DNA of 64,000 nucleotides from an uncultured bacterium (GTDB lineage Bacteria; Chlamydiota; Chlamydiia; Chlamydiales; SM23-39): NCBI GenBank assembly GCA_964626905.1, contig CAZVHA010000004.1, positions 3,952 to 67,951 of the forward strand, read 5' to 3'. Shown piece by piece: positions 54,545 to 64,000 of this stretch (position 1 is its first letter; each line of letters starts with the position of its first letter). The notes under the pieces were generated by a model. It saw only the letters and a program-made list of their open reading frames with translations, ran no database searches and was not told where the DNA came from. The position numbers and the translations under genes were made by a program.

Positions 54545-55486
54545 ATGAACCGATCGCCCCTTGTTTTTGCAGGCAACTCTCACCCAGAGCTTGCCCGCGC
54601 AGTGGCGGCCCATTTGGGATTGGAGTTGGGGAAGATCTCTTTTGAGCCGTTTCCCGATGGGGAAATTGGAGTGCAGATTGGGGAAAATGTGAGGGGACGC
54701 GACACTTTTGTGATCCAGTCGCCCGTCCATCACCCGAATCGATTTTTGATGGAGCTATTCATCATAGTCGATGCTTTGAAAAGGGCCTCTGCGAAGAGCA
54801 TTGTCGCTGTCTTGCCCTACTACGCCTATGCGAGGCAGGACCGCAAAGAAAAGGGGCGAGTGCCGATTACGGCGAGGCTCGTGGCCGATCTGCTCGAGAG
54901 GGCGGGAGTGACCCGCCTCTTGACAATGGATCTTCACACAGAGCAGATCCAGGGATTTTTTAACATCCCGGTCGATCACCTTTATTCGAGACCCCTCTTT
55001 GTCGAGGCGCTTGGAAAAAGGGAGCTTAAAGGGGCTGTGATCGTCTCCCCTGATGTGGGGGGCAATCGGATGGCGCGGAAGTTCGCCGAAGATTTGGAGT
55101 TGGAGATCGCCATAGTCGATAAGCGCCGTTTGAGTGGGCGCAAAGTGGCATCGAACGCCCTCATCGGCAATGTTGAGGGGAAGCTCGCCATTCTCGTAGA
55201 TGATATTTGCTCTACGGGAGGGACGCTCGAAATGGCGGCCCGCGTTTGTAAAGAGCATGGGGCAAAGAGGGTCATCGCAGTGGTGGCCCATGGGCTGTTT
55301 TTAGGGGGGCGCAAGTTGAAGGGGGTCGATGAGATTTATCTTAGCGACTCGGTCCCTCAGAGTAAAAAAGAGGGCAAAAAGGCAAGTGGAGTGCATGTAG
55401 TATCGATTGCAGCCTTGCTTGCCAAAGCAATTGAATGTGTAATTTCGGCGAAGTCGATTCGTTCGCTGTTTAGGGAGAAGATATGA
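54545..55486 (+). CDS. prs: Ribose-phosphate pyrophosphokinase
   Basis: FPDGE, YARQDRK, DLH..Q.QGFF and VDDICSTGGT motifs. Confidence 0.95.
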   Translation: MNRSPLVFAGNSHPELARAVAAHLGLELGKISFEPFPDGEIGVQIGENVRGRDTFVIQSPVHHPNRFLMELFIIVDALKRASAKSIVAVLPYYAYARQDRKEKGRVPITARLVADLLERAGVTRLLTMDLHTEQIQGFFNIPVDHLYSRPLFVEALGKRELKGAVIVSPDVGGNRMARKFAEDLELEIAIVDKRRLSGRKVASNALIGNVEGKLAILVDDICSTGGTLEMAARVCKEHGAKRVIAVVAHGLFLGGRKLKGVDEIYLSDSVPQSKKEGKKASGVHVVSIAALLAKAIECVISAKSIRSLFREKI

Positions 55487-56049
55487 AATTGGAACTAGAA
55501 AAAAGGACCACCGGAAAGAGAGGGGTGACCCAGCAGATTCGCCGCGAGGGGAATATCCCGGCCATTCTATACGATTCGGCGGGGGCTGGAGAAGCGGTGT
55601 GTGTCAAAGGCGATGAGATGAGAGCTATTTTACGCTCTCTTAGACCTGGACTGCTTGCGACAACGGTGTTTAGTCTCTCGTTGGGCAATAAAAAAATCAG
55701 AGCGATTGTGAAAGATGTGCAGTATCATGTAGCGAGCTACGAGATTGAGCACATCGACTTTTTGGAGCTCAAAGAGGATCGGCCTGTGACTGTCAATGTG
55801 GCGGTCCATCTCCTCGGCGCCGCTGAGTGTGTGGGAGTGAAACTCGGGGGATTTATCCGCCAAGTAGTTCGCGCGTTGAAGGTGAAGTGCTTGCCCAAAG
55901 ATATTCCGCAAGAGTTTGTCATCGATGTGAAGGAATTGAATGTGGCCGAGTCGAAAAGGCTTTCCGATATCCAGATTCCGGCGAATGTCAGACCCCTCGG
56001 CCGAATGGACGAAGTGGCTGTCGTTATCGGCAAGAAAGCGGGAACCTAA
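55483..56049 (+). CDS. rplY: 50S ribosomal protein L25 / general stress protein Ctc
   Basis: RREGNIPAILY, HIDF and the conserved prs-ctc-pth order. Confidence 0.85.
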   Translation: MKLELEKRTTGKRGVTQQIRREGNIPAILYDSAGAGEAVCVKGDEMRAILRSLRPGLLATTVFSLSLGNKKIRAIVKDVQYHVASYEIEHIDFLELKEDRPVTVNVAVHLLGAAECVGVKLGGFIRQVVRALKVKCLPKDIPQEFVIDVKELNVAESKRLSDIQIPANVRPLGRMDEVAVVIGKKAGT

Positions 56050-56055
56050 TCGATT

Positions 56056-56661
56056 GTGGTAGCGCTCATAGTGGGGCTCGGCAACCCCGGAAAAGCCTAC
56101 AAGAAGACCCGTCACAACGTCGGTTTTGCAGCTGTGGATCTGCTCGCCCAAAAATATGGGCTTGAGTTTCGGAAACAGCTAAAATTTAAAGGACGCCTCG
56201 CTGAAGGGAAAATCAGCGAGGAGTCTGTAATGCTTCTCAAGCCTGAGACCTATATGAATCTCAGCGGAGAGGCGGTAGCGCTTGTGATGCGCTATTTTCA
56301 GATTGAGTTGTCCCGGCTCCTCATCTTAAGCGATGATGTGGCCCTTCCTTTGGGACAATTGCGGATCCGAATCAACAGCGGCTCTGGAGGTCATAATGGC
56401 TTGCAGAGTGTTGAGGAGTGTCTGCAGACGAATCGGTATCCCAGACTCCGGATTGGAGTGGGGGATGCAGGCGGTGATTTGCTCGTCGAGCACGTGCTGG
56501 GCCGGTTCACAGAAGGGGAAGAAATACTCGTTCCAAAAGTTTTGGAGCGGGTCGTTCAGGCCGTTGAAATTTGGCTGGACAAAGGATTAACCAGTGCGAT
56601 GAATTTTGCGAATCAAGGTTCATCGACTCCGAGCATTGGAGAGGAAAATGAAGAAACATGA
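56056..56661 (+). CDS. pth: Peptidyl-tRNA hydrolase
   Basis: LIVGLGNPG..Y..TRHNVGF, PETYMNLSG and GGHNGL motifs. GTG start. Confidence 0.9.
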   Translation: MVALIVGLGNPGKAYKKTRHNVGFAAVDLLAQKYGLEFRKQLKFKGRLAEGKISEESVMLLKPETYMNLSGEAVALVMRYFQIELSRLLILSDDVALPLGQLRIRINSGSGGHNGLQSVEECLQTNRYPRLRIGVGDAGGDLLVEHVLGRFTEGEEILVPKVLERVVQAVEIWLDKGLTSAMNFANQGSSTPSIGEENEET

Positions 56662-56995
56662 GAGAAAGGGGCTCTATGAGGGGATGTATATCCTCAGCGC
56701 GACGCTGAGTGAAGATTCTCGCAAAAAGGCCTTTGATAAAATCACTGATGGGATCACCCAAAAAGGGGGTGAAATCCATAAAATTCACGAGCAGGGGCGC
56801 AAGAAATTGGCCTACGAGATCGATGGAAAAAGAGAGGGGCACTACTACGTCCTCTATTTTACAGCGCCGACCCAAATCATCGGCGAACTTTGGAAAGAGT
56901 ACCATTTGCACGAAGATCTGATCCGGTTTATGACCATGCGGACAGAAAAAGTGCTCGAGACTTTAGAATTCACTCCATTAAAGACGCAGGGGTAA
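56648..56995 (+). CDS. rpsF: 30S ribosomal protein S6
   Basis: LYEGMYIL...GRKKLAYEI....GHYYVLYF pattern. Confidence 0.9.
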   Translation: MKKHERKGLYEGMYILSATLSEDSRKKAFDKITDGITQKGGEIHKIHEQGRKKLAYEIDGKREGHYYVLYFTAPTQIIGELWKEYHLHEDLIRFMTMRTEKVLETLEFTPLKTQG

Positions 56996-57288
56996 TGATG
57001 AGAAGACAACAACAACAACCTCAACAAGAATACTCTGCGCCCGGGAGCGCATTTGGCGATGCAAGTTCCCCTTTTGCTAGAAAGAAAAAGGTGTGCCCTT
57101 TTGTCGCTGCAAAAATGGAGCGGATTGACTACAAAGATATCGAGACGTTAAGGCAGTTCATCACGGAGCGGGGCAAAATTTTGCCAAGGCGAATTACTGG
57201 AGTCTCCTATTTTCATCAAAAACTATTGAAAAAAGCGGTGAAGCAGGCCCGCCACATGGCGCTGCTCCCCTTTGTTTCGGAGGAATAA
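56995..57288 (+). CDS. rpsR: 30S ribosomal protein S18
   Basis: CPF....IDYKD...[18 protein letters not shown]......Q..L..A.K.AR..ALLPF. Q-rich N-terminal extension. Confidence 0.9.
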   Translation: MMRRQQQQPQQEYSAPGSAFGDASSPFARKKKVCPFVAAKMERIDYKDIETLRQFITERGKILPRRITGVSYFHQKLLKKAVKQARHMALLPFVSEE

Positions 57289-57289
57289 T

Positions 57290-57814
57290 ATGAAGCAACA
57301 GTTATTACTCCTTCAAGATGTAGAGGCTCTCGGCAAAAAAGGGGAGATCGTCTCCGCAAAGCCAGGCTATGTGAGAAACTATCTCCTTCCCAAAGGATAT
57401 GCGATCATTGCGAGTCCCAACACGCTGCGCAAGCAAGAGCGCTTGAGAGCTGAAAGAGACAAGCAAGCCCTCGTCGATCGGAAAGATTCAGAAGAGCTCG
57501 CTCTCCAGATCGAAGGGATTGCCTCTTTGGAAATTCGGGTGAAGGTCGATCCGGAAGGGCACATGTATGGCTCTGTCTCTGCGGCCGAGATCGCCCAGCT
57601 CTTCCAAGAGCGGGGATTGCCTGTTGAGAGAAAATCGGTTCTCGTCAATAAGCCGATCAAGGAGACCGGTGCGCATAAAATTGCCCTCAAGCTAAAAGAG
57701 GGGGTTACAGCTCACTGCCAACTCCACATCATTCCCGAAGGGGGAAGACAAGAGGGGATCGAAGCGGTCGTTGCTCCCATTCCTCAAGAAGGGGAAAAAG
57801 AGAGCTCCGAGTAG
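57290..57814 (+). CDS. rplI: 50S ribosomal protein L9
   Basis: MKQQLLLLQDVEALGKKGEIVSAKPGYVRNYLLPKGYA. Confidence 0.9.
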   Translation: MKQQLLLLQDVEALGKKGEIVSAKPGYVRNYLLPKGYAIIASPNTLRKQERLRAERDKQALVDRKDSEELALQIEGIASLEIRVKVDPEGHMYGSVSAAEIAQLFQERGLPVERKSVLVNKPIKETGAHKIALKLKEGVTAHCQLHIIPEGGRQEGIEAVVAPIPQEGEKESSE

Positions 57815-57822
57815 TTTTTCTG

Positions 57823-57850
57823 GGCGATCGAACGGATCGATCGCCCTTTG
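57823..57850 (+). terminator. Possible intrinsic terminator after rplI
   Basis: gggcgatcg-aacggat-cgatcgccc followed by only ttt. Confidence 0.35.
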
Positions 57851-57859
57851 CTGAGGTGT

Positions 57860-58837
57860 ATGGGTTTTACAACTGTCGTCACCGGTGCATGTGGTATGAT
57901 TGGGTCGGGATTGGTCCGTCATCTCAATGATTTGGGGAAGACCGATCTGCTCCTTGTCGACGATTTGAAAAGAGGGGATAAGTGGAAAAATCTCCTCGGC
58001 AAGCAATTTTCAGATCTTATTTCAAAGCACACCCTTCTTGATTGGCTTACAAAAAATGGATCTCAAGTGGAGGCCATTGTCCATTTGGGAGCCTGTTCTG
58101 ATACGGTAGAATCAGATGGCGATTATCTTCTTGAGAACAATTTTCGCTACACGATTCGCTTAGCCGAGTGGGCTTTAAATCGGGACAAGCGGTTCATCTA
58201 TGCATCATCGGCTGCCACTTATGGAGATGGAACTCTTGGATTTCTCGATGATGAAGGGGGGCTTGATGCGCTCAGACCTTTGAACATGTATGGCTTTTCA
58301 AAACATCTCGCCGATCTTTGGATGCAGCGGCAAAAAATTTTAGATCGGGTTGTGGGGCTTAAGTATTTCAATGTTTTTGGTCCCAATGAGTATCACAAAG
58401 GGCGGATGGCCTCGATGGTTTTGAAGATGATGCACTCTTCTCACGATGGAAGTGCAGTGAATCTTTTTAAATCCACGACTCCCGATTATCCTGACGGGGG
58501 GCAGATGCGCGATTTTATCTATGTCAAAGATGCGGTGCGCATGACTGCTTTATTTCTTGAGCCAAATCATTGGAAGGTAGGGGGGATTTTCAATATTGGG
58601 TTTGGAACTCCGACCACTTGGAATTTTTTAACCGCAAGTTTTTTTAAAGCCATTCAAAAAAAAGAGAAGATCGCCTACATCGATATGCCGGCAGATCTTG
58701 CCAAGCAGTATCAGCAATTTACTTGCGCATCGATGGACAAATTCTTTAAGATCTTTCCCAATGTGGCAATGACGCCCATTGAGGACGCTGTACGCGAATA
58801 TGTTCAAAAGTATCTCAAAAGTTCGGATCGATGGTAG
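57860..58837 (+). CDS. hldD: ADP-L-glycero-D-manno-heptose 6-epimerase
   Basis: VVTGACGMIGS Rossmann motif, YASSAATYG, NMYGFSK and YFNVFGPNEYHKGRMASMV motifs. Confidence 0.8.
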   Translation: MGFTTVVTGACGMIGSGLVRHLNDLGKTDLLLVDDLKRGDKWKNLLGKQFSDLISKHTLLDWLTKNGSQVEAIVHLGACSDTVESDGDYLLENNFRYTIRLAEWALNRDKRFIYASSAATYGDGTLGFLDDEGGLDALRPLNMYGFSKHLADLWMQRQKILDRVVGLKYFNVFGPNEYHKGRMASMVLKMMHSSHDGSAVNLFKSTTPDYPDGGQMRDFIYVKDAVRMTALFLEPNHWKVGGIFNIGFGTPTTWNFLTASFFKAIQKKEKIAYIDMPADLAKQYQQFTCASMDKFFKIFPNVAMTPIEDAVREYVQKYLKSSDRW

Positions 58838-59787
58838 CACATTTTAAGCCTTTCAGTGCTCTTGTCATCGGCGATTTTATGCTCGACACTTATACGACGG
58901 GCAAAGTGCGGCGCATTTCTCCGGAAGCGCCGGTTCCTGTGATGGAGGTGATCAAGCAAGAATCGAGGCCTGGAGGGGCGGGCAATGTCGTCTTGAATCT
59001 CCTTTCGCTCGGCGCCCTTGTCTTTCCCATGGGGCGCATTGGGAGTGATGAGGAGGGGTTGAAGTTAAAAGGGCTTTTATCGAGGGCGGATACAGGATTT
59101 CTTTGGATCGAGCCGGGATACAAAACTCCGGTGAAAAATCGGATGATTGCCGACTCTCAACAGCTGATGCGCGTCGATTTTGAGACGATCGCCCCCATCC
59201 ATGCGAAAATAGAGCAGATTGCCATCGAAGAGCTCAAGCAAATGATCCCGAAAGTCGATGTGGTTGCCATTTCCGATTATGGCAAGGGATTTTTATCTGA
59301 AAAACTGATCCAGCAGGCGATTGCCATTGCGAGACAAAGGCAAATCCCGATCATTGTCGATCCCAAGGGGGTCGATTTTTCCAAATATCGAGGAGCGAGC
59401 GTTCTCAAGCCCAATTTAACGGAAGCCTATGCAGCTGCCCATCGTCCCCTTTCTGCCCCGCTTGAGGAAGTGGCAGCGCAGATCTTGCCGCTCACCGACC
59501 TTCTGATGATCACCCGTTCTGAGGCGGGGATTTCGATTTTTAGCAAAGAGATCCAAAGACGCGATTTCTTTGTCCATTCGAAAGAGGTCAAAGATGTCAC
59601 GGGAGCGGGAGACACTGTCCTCGCAGTGATTTGTCTAGCTCTTGCCAATGGACTGCCCATTGAACAGGCCGCTGAATTTGCCAATGCCGCGGCTGGTATT
59701 GTGATTGAAAGGATTGGCTGTGTACAGGTCACGACTGCCGAGCTTACGCAAAGAATTTTGGAGATGAGGGAAACGTGTCTTCATTAA
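58831..59787 (+). CDS. hldA: D-glycero-beta-D-manno-heptose-7-phosphate kinase (RfaE domain I only)
   Basis: VIGDFMLDTY..G.V.RISPEAPVPV, and the PfkB C-terminal motif VKDVTGAGDTV. No cytidylyltransferase domain is fused. Confidence 0.8.
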   Translation: MVAHFKPFSALVIGDFMLDTYTTGKVRRISPEAPVPVMEVIKQESRPGGAGNVVLNLLSLGALVFPMGRIGSDEEGLKLKGLLSRADTGFLWIEPGYKTPVKNRMIADSQQLMRVDFETIAPIHAKIEQIAIEELKQMIPKVDVVAISDYGKGFLSEKLIQQAIAIARQRQIPIIVDPKGVDFSKYRGASVLKPNLTEAYAAAHRPLSAPLEEVAAQILPLTDLLMITRSEAGISIFSKEIQRRDFFVHSKEVKDVTGAGDTVLAVICLALANGLPIEQAAEFANAAAGIVIERIGCVQVTTAELTQRILEMRETCLH

Positions 59788-60293
59788 AAGTGTATAGGAA
59801 AAAGAGGGATCTCAAAAAGTCGAAAGAGCCCAAAGGGGCCCTCCGCAAGAAAAAAAAGGGGCCTCTGCAATTTGTCGTACAAAAACATGCGGCGAGCCGA
59901 TTGCACTACGATTTTAGACTAGAAAAAGAGGGGGTGCTAAAGAGCTGGGCGATCCCTAAAGGCCCCTCCATGAATCCAAAAGTGAAGCGGCTTGCGATTC
60001 AGGTGGAGGATCACCCCTATGAGTACAAGGATTTTGAGGGGGTCATCCCAGAAGGGTATGGCGCTGGAGAGGTGATCATCTGGGATCGGGGGACATATAC
60101 TCTGGACCAGGAGAAAGAAAATTCCTTTCACATCACATTGAAGGGGGAAAAATTGAAGGGGGGATTTGCAATGGTCCATTTGCGAGAAAATCAGTGGCTT
60201 TTGATCAAATCCGATGACGACTTTGCAACGACGCGCGAAATCGGGGCCAAAGATCGGTCGGTCGTTTCTGGACGCAAACTCAAGATAGATTAA
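59775..60293 (+). CDS. Stand-alone LigD-type 3'-phosphoesterase (PE) domain protein
   Basis: FVVQKHAASRLHYDFRLE..GVLKSWAIPKGPS......RLAIQVEDHPYEY..FEG.IP.GYGAG.V.IWD.G.Y. Confidence 0.75.
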   Translation: MSSLKVYRKKRDLKKSKEPKGALRKKKKGPLQFVVQKHAASRLHYDFRLEKEGVLKSWAIPKGPSMNPKVKRLAIQVEDHPYEYKDFEGVIPEGYGAGEVIIWDRGTYTLDQEKENSFHITLKGEKLKGGFAMVHLRENQWLLIKSDDDFATTREIGAKDRSVVSGRKLKID

Positions 60294-62974
60294 CCCATCT
60301 CGTAGAGCCGTTTGTAATCCACTTTTCCAGATCCCATGAGTGGGATTTCTGCCACTTGCCGAACGAGAGAAATTTTCACCAAGGGGCTAAATCCCCCTTT
60401 TTTCAAAATTTCTAAAACCTCCTCTTTTTCTAAAGGGATCGATGAAAAGAGGATCAGCTCAAATTTCCCCGACACCCCCTCTTTTCCGATCACAACCAGG
60501 GATGGAGGGCGGTCATGCGAAATCCGAGCGCAATCCAGTAGATGTTGGAAGATCGCATTCTCTATCGCCCTAAAACTGATCATCTCTCCCCCGATCTTGA
60601 CAAATTGCTTGAGACGTCCTGAGAGGATCACATTATTTTCACTGTCGATGGATCCTAAATCTCCGGAAAGAAACCAGTTCTTTCCATTGATCGCGATGAA
60701 GGGATTACAGACATTTTGCAAGTAGCCGCTGAATACGTTGGGCCCATGGTAGCAAAGCTCTCCTTCGGCGCCGGGGGGGAGCAGCTCTTTTGTTTCTGGG
60801 TTCACTGTGCAAGCCTCTATTCCGGGCAATAGACAGCCCACACCTTTTTGGGGGTGATTGAATTTTCCGAGACTAATTGAGGGTGAGCATTCAGTAATCC
60901 CGTACGATTCGATCAATTGTGCCTTGGGAGTTGCCATTTCTACTTGTCGGTAGAGATCTGGAGGTGTTTTCTCAGCTCCAGTGACAAACATCCGGATTTT
61001 GTGCATCTGTTTTGAAAGGTTTGCAGCCAAAAGGTTTTTGATAAAGCTGGGGGCGCTGCAAAAAACGGTCACTTTCCATCGGACAATCCCTTCAATGAGG
61101 GCATTGACATCTTTGGGATTGGGGTAGAAAGCGACCCGCAAACCCATGAGAGTCGGTGCAATTCCCAAAACAGAAAAGCCGAGCGAATGGAAAGGGGGCA
61201 AGGAGTTATAGATGACATCTTCACTATAAAATTGCATTCGGGAGCCGACTGCATGGGCGCTGTGGAGGATATTTTTGTGAGAAAGGGGCACGCCTTTGGG
61301 AGTCGCCTCTGTTCCGCTGGTGAACAGGATGATCGCAGGGTCATTTTCGTCGATGGTTTTCAATCGGAAAAAGTGGGAAAGGGCTTTTTGGGGCAAATAG
61401 GAGAGAAGTAGGCTTTGAATTTTGATTTTCCACGAGATTTTTTTTCGAATATCTTCGAGGTATTCTAAACGATGGACCACAGTGCCGAGATCTACCCCTT
61501 GGAGCCGCTCTAAAAAGTTCCAGGAGCTGATCACCTTTTCGATCTTGGCAATTTCCATCATGTGATCGAGATAGCGGCTCCCCAAAGTCCAATTGAGCAT
61601 GACGGGAGTTTTTCCTGCAAAGAGGAGCGCAAAGACGAGAAGATAGGCGCTTGCGGATGAGGGGAGAAGAATTCCAATGGTCTTTTCTTTCTCCTTTTTG
61701 AACGAAAGGGCAAGTCCAAAAATCGCAAGTGCCATTTTTCTATAGCTCAAAACTCCAAGAAAATCATCTCCATAGGCCTCAAATGTTTTCATCCTCCGAT
61801 AGATAGATAAAAATGCTTCTGGCAATGTTTTCCCCTTGGGAAGGGTCACTTCGGGGCGTCCCGGTTCATCTAACCACTGATGATTTTTTCGATCTAAAGC
61901 ATGCGGATCTTGTTTTGCAGCCCCAGCGGCAAATAAGAGGAGGTCCTGGACGCTTCGCATCTCTTCAGGGAAGTCTTCTGCCGTGTCAAATGAGCTCGTT
62001 AGAAAAGCGAAGAGGTCGGCAATTTCCAAAGAGTCGAGCCCTAGATCAGAAGAGAGGAGCATCTCTTTGGAGATCTTATGGTCGGGATCCTTTAAAATGC
62101 GCCGGATCTCGGCGTAGATGGCTCCTTCTATTTCCCGCGGAATTTCGGCACAGTCGATTGGCTTTTTTTGCTCAGCTGGCAAAGAGAGGGGGGGCAATGC
62201 TCTATGCCAAAAGCTGTATGAGACCTGTTGCAAGGGCTCTTCTGATCTCCTCTTCCCCTCGCCGTCGGGATATTGGTTGTACCACTCCTCTAGAAAGCGG
62301 TTGAATTCCACTTTACTTTCGATTTGCTTGGCTTTCAAGGAGAGCGGTTCTATCTCAATCAAAACTTTGCGCCTTGGGGTGAAAAAGAGAAAGTTTTTGA
62401 GGAGAATTTGGCCTGCATTTTTGAGATTTTGAGCAAGGGAGGGTATTTTTCCATCAACGGCTCTTGAAAAACTGCTTCCCCACATCCCCGATAAGCGGAT
62501 CAGTACGATATTTGTTTCAGGGCATTCTTTCACCAGGTTGAAGCAGCCAGAGGAACCTCCCACCTCTTCTCTACTCGTCAGTTTCATGCGCGCTGCCGGG
62601 TATAAAAGAAAGTGATCCCCCCTTTTCAAATCGTTAAGAATGGCTCCAAAACACTTTTGCATCTCCTCTTTTTTGAACTCGTTCACAGCAGAATCAAAGT
62701 TTGGAACGGGACAGGCTTTGAACCATCTCATCAAGGGGTTCAAAAACCGCATCCGATACACATACTCGACGACGATGGGTCTCACCCTGAACATGCGCCT
62801 GAGTGTGAAAAAGATAAAAAGGGCGTCAATTTGAGAGGTGTGATTGGGCAAGAAAAGAATGCTCTTTTGACCCTTAAGAGCTGCAAGCTTTTCCATCCCA
62901 TCGACTCTGATTCGATAGCGCAAAGAGAGAACCTGCCACATCAAAAAAGCAATAACGAAGACCAATACTTCCAA
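60290..62974 (-). CDS. aas: Acyltransferase / acyl-carrier / acyl-ACP synthetase tri-domain fusion (Aas-like)
   Basis: N-terminal PlsC motif LPNHTSQID, a central carrier-domain DLGLDSLEIADL, and a C-terminal adenylate-forming domain (ILFTSGTEATPKGV, GYGITE, SGDLG). Confidence 0.8.
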   Translation of the reverse strand: MEVLVFVIAFLMWQVLSLRYRIRVDGMEKLAALKGQKSILFLPNHTSQIDALFIFFTLRRMFRVRPIVVEYVYRMRFLNPLMRWFKACPVPNFDSAVNEFKKEEMQKCFGAILNDLKRGDHFLLYPAARMKLTSREEVGGSSGCFNLVKECPETNIVLIRLSGMWGSSFSRAVDGKIPSLAQNLKNAGQILLKNFLFFTPRRKVLIEIEPLSLKAKQIESKVEFNRFLEEWYNQYPDGEGKRRSEEPLQQVSYSFWHRALPPLSLPAEQKKPIDCAEIPREIEGAIYAEIRRILKDPDHKISKEMLLSSDLGLDSLEIADLFAFLTSSFDTAEDFPEEMRSVQDLLLFAAGAAKQDPHALDRKNHQWLDEPGRPEVTLPKGKTLPEAFLSIYRRMKTFEAYGDDFLGVLSYRKMALAIFGLALSFKKEKEKTIGILLPSSASAYLLVFALLFAGKTPVMLNWTLGSRYLDHMMEIAKIEKVISSWNFLERLQGVDLGTVVHRLEYLEDIRKKISWKIKIQSLLLSYLPQKALSHFFRLKTIDENDPAIILFTSGTEATPKGVPLSHKNILHSAHAVGSRMQFYSEDVIYNSLPPFHSLGFSVLGIAPTLMGLRVAFYPNPKDVNALIEGIVRWKVTVFCSAPSFIKNLLAANLSKQMHKIRMFVTGAEKTPPDLYRQVEMATPKAQLIESYGITECSPSISLGKFNHPQKGVGCLLPGIEACTVNPETKELLPPGAEGELCYHGPNVFSGYLQNVCNPFIAINGKNWFLSGDLGSIDSENNVILSGRLKQFVKIGGEMISFRAIENAIFQHLLDCARISHDRPPSLVVIGKEGVSGKFELILFSSIPLEKEEVLEILKKGGFSPLVKISLVRQVAEIPLMGSGKVDYKRLYEMG

Positions 62975-62995
62975 GACAACCCTCTAAAGCTCAGG

Positions 62996-64000
62996 TTATA
63001 GCATTGGCAATTTTGCGTCGAATCTTTTGAGAGAAATCACCCCGCCGCCGAGGCAAACTTCCTTTAAGTAAAAAACGATCGACTGGCCAGGCGTGATGGC
63101 CCTTTGCGGCTCGTCGAACACCACTTCGCCCGTTTCATATAAAGTGCAAGGGGCATCGGCCCCGCGGTAGCGGATCTTTGCACTGCATCGGAGGGGATAG
63201 TCTGGTTCCTCTGCAACCCAAGTGAGGCTTTTGGTTTTAAGCTCTTTGCAAAAAAGGGCGGGGTGATCGGCCCCCCTCTCTACATAGACGATATTTTGAG
63301 AAGGATCTTTTCCGACGACATACCAAGCATCGCCTTCGCCTCCGAGTCCCATCCCTTTTCTTTGCCCAATCGTGTAGAAGGCGGCTCCATCGTGCTCTCC
63401 CACAACTTCCCCGGATAATGTTTTGAAGGGCCCCGGTTTTCCTTGGAGAAATTGCGATAAAAAGGGTTTGAACTTTCTTTTCCCGATAAAGCAGATGCCG
63501 GTGCTCTCTTTTTTTTCTGCGGTCGGAAGGCCATACTCTTTGGCGATTGCTCGGACCTCTTTTTTCAAAAGGTGGCCGATCGGAAACAGCACTTTTCGGA
63601 AGGCCTCTTGTTTCACGGCATGGAGGAAATAGCTTTGATCTTTTGCGGGGTCGAGCCCGCGAAGAAGCCTTTTTCTTTCGTCGAGCCTGCAGTAATGGCC
63701 TGTCGCGAGAAAATCGGCACCGAGTTCGAGCGCTTTTGCCAAAAAAAGATCAAACTTGATCTCCTTATTGCAAAGAATATCTGGATTTGGGGTGAGTCCC
63801 GCTTCAAAATCGGCCAAAAATTGGGCAAAAACCCGCTCTCGGTACTCTTCGACAAAATGGACGCTGTAGTAGGGTATACCGATCTTTTCGCAAACGCGCA
63901 CCACATCTTCAAATTCTTTAGCAGCAGCACACGGCCCCCCTTCCTCTTCCCAGTTTTTCATGAAAAGGCCAATGCAGTTGTAACCTAAATTTTTTAGTAG
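62996..64000 (-). CDS. mnmA: tRNA 2-thiouridine(34) synthase MnmA (5' end beyond the window)
   Basis: GLFMKNW...C....D, PNPDILCN, ATGHY and DQSYFL motifs. The ORF stays open to the window edge. Confidence 0.9.
   Translation of the reverse strand, partial: LLKNLGYNCIGLFMKNWEEEGGPCAAAKEFEDVVRVCEKIGIPYYSVHFVEEYRERVFAQFLADFEAGLTPNPDILCNKEIKFDLFLAKALELGADFLATGHYCRLDERKRLLRGLDPAKDQSYFLHAVKQEAFRKVLFPIGHLLKKEVRAIAKEYGLPTAEKKESTGICFIGKRKFKPFLSQFLQGKPGPFKTLSGEVVGEHDGAAFYTIGQRKGMGLGGEGDAWYVVGKDPSQNIVYVERGADHPALFCKELKTKSLTWVAEEPDYPLRCSAKIRYRGADAPCTLYETGEVVFDEPQRAITPGQSIVFYLKEVCLGGGVISLKRFDAKLPML

Overview
The window looks like a chromosomal segment from an environmental, Parachlamydiales-like member of the Chlamydiae. 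This placement is inferred from gene content only: a stand-alone SWIB-domain protein, a plant-type soluble glycerol-3-P acyltransferase, eukaryote-type UDP-sugar pyrophosphorylase, a Cys-free 45-aa L36, DsbA/DsbB next to a cysteine-rich beta-barrel OMP, Inc-like bilobed hydrophobic proteins and an Aas-type acyltransferase/acyl-ACP synthetase fusion. No species call is possible without a database search.

About 65 protein genes, one tRNA-Gln and two short ribosomal protein genes missing from the ORF track (rpmH, rpmJ) can be supported.

- **Housekeeping content:** prfB with its programmed +1 frameshift, truA, yebC, rng-plsX-rpmF-yceD-lpxB-pcnB, uvrD/pcrA, rnpA-rpmH, rpmJ-rpsN, uvrC-mutS-glyQS, rlmN, pgsA, glgA, prs-rplY-pth-rpsF-rpsR-rplI, hldD/hldA, aas and mnmA.
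- **Accessory patches (these look AT-richer by eye):**
  - 0.1-9.1 kb is an envelope-glycan/lipid cluster. It holds two paralogous sulfatase-like membrane enzymes flanking a TrxR-Trx (NTRC-like) fusion.
  - 17.1-20.1 kb holds two tandem putative effectors. The first carries a complete eukaryote-type USP deubiquitinase motif set behind an Inc-like membrane anchor.
  - 31.2-33.3 kb is an AAA-ATPase/PD-(D/E)xK cassette bracketed by a duplicated dsbB 3' end. A 208-bp TA-flanked MITE sits on the dsbB stop codon.
  - 38.9-45.0 kb is a variable region with a CaaX-box protein and two about 170-185 bp long-palindrome elements sharing a conserved core. A 107-bp duplication of the uvrC 3' end brackets a 2.7-kb insert encoding a YVTN beta-propeller and a Cys-rich porin-like OMP.

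No CRISPR array, rRNA, integrase or transposase gene was seen. All functional calls rest on motif recognition by eye and need HMM or structure searches.
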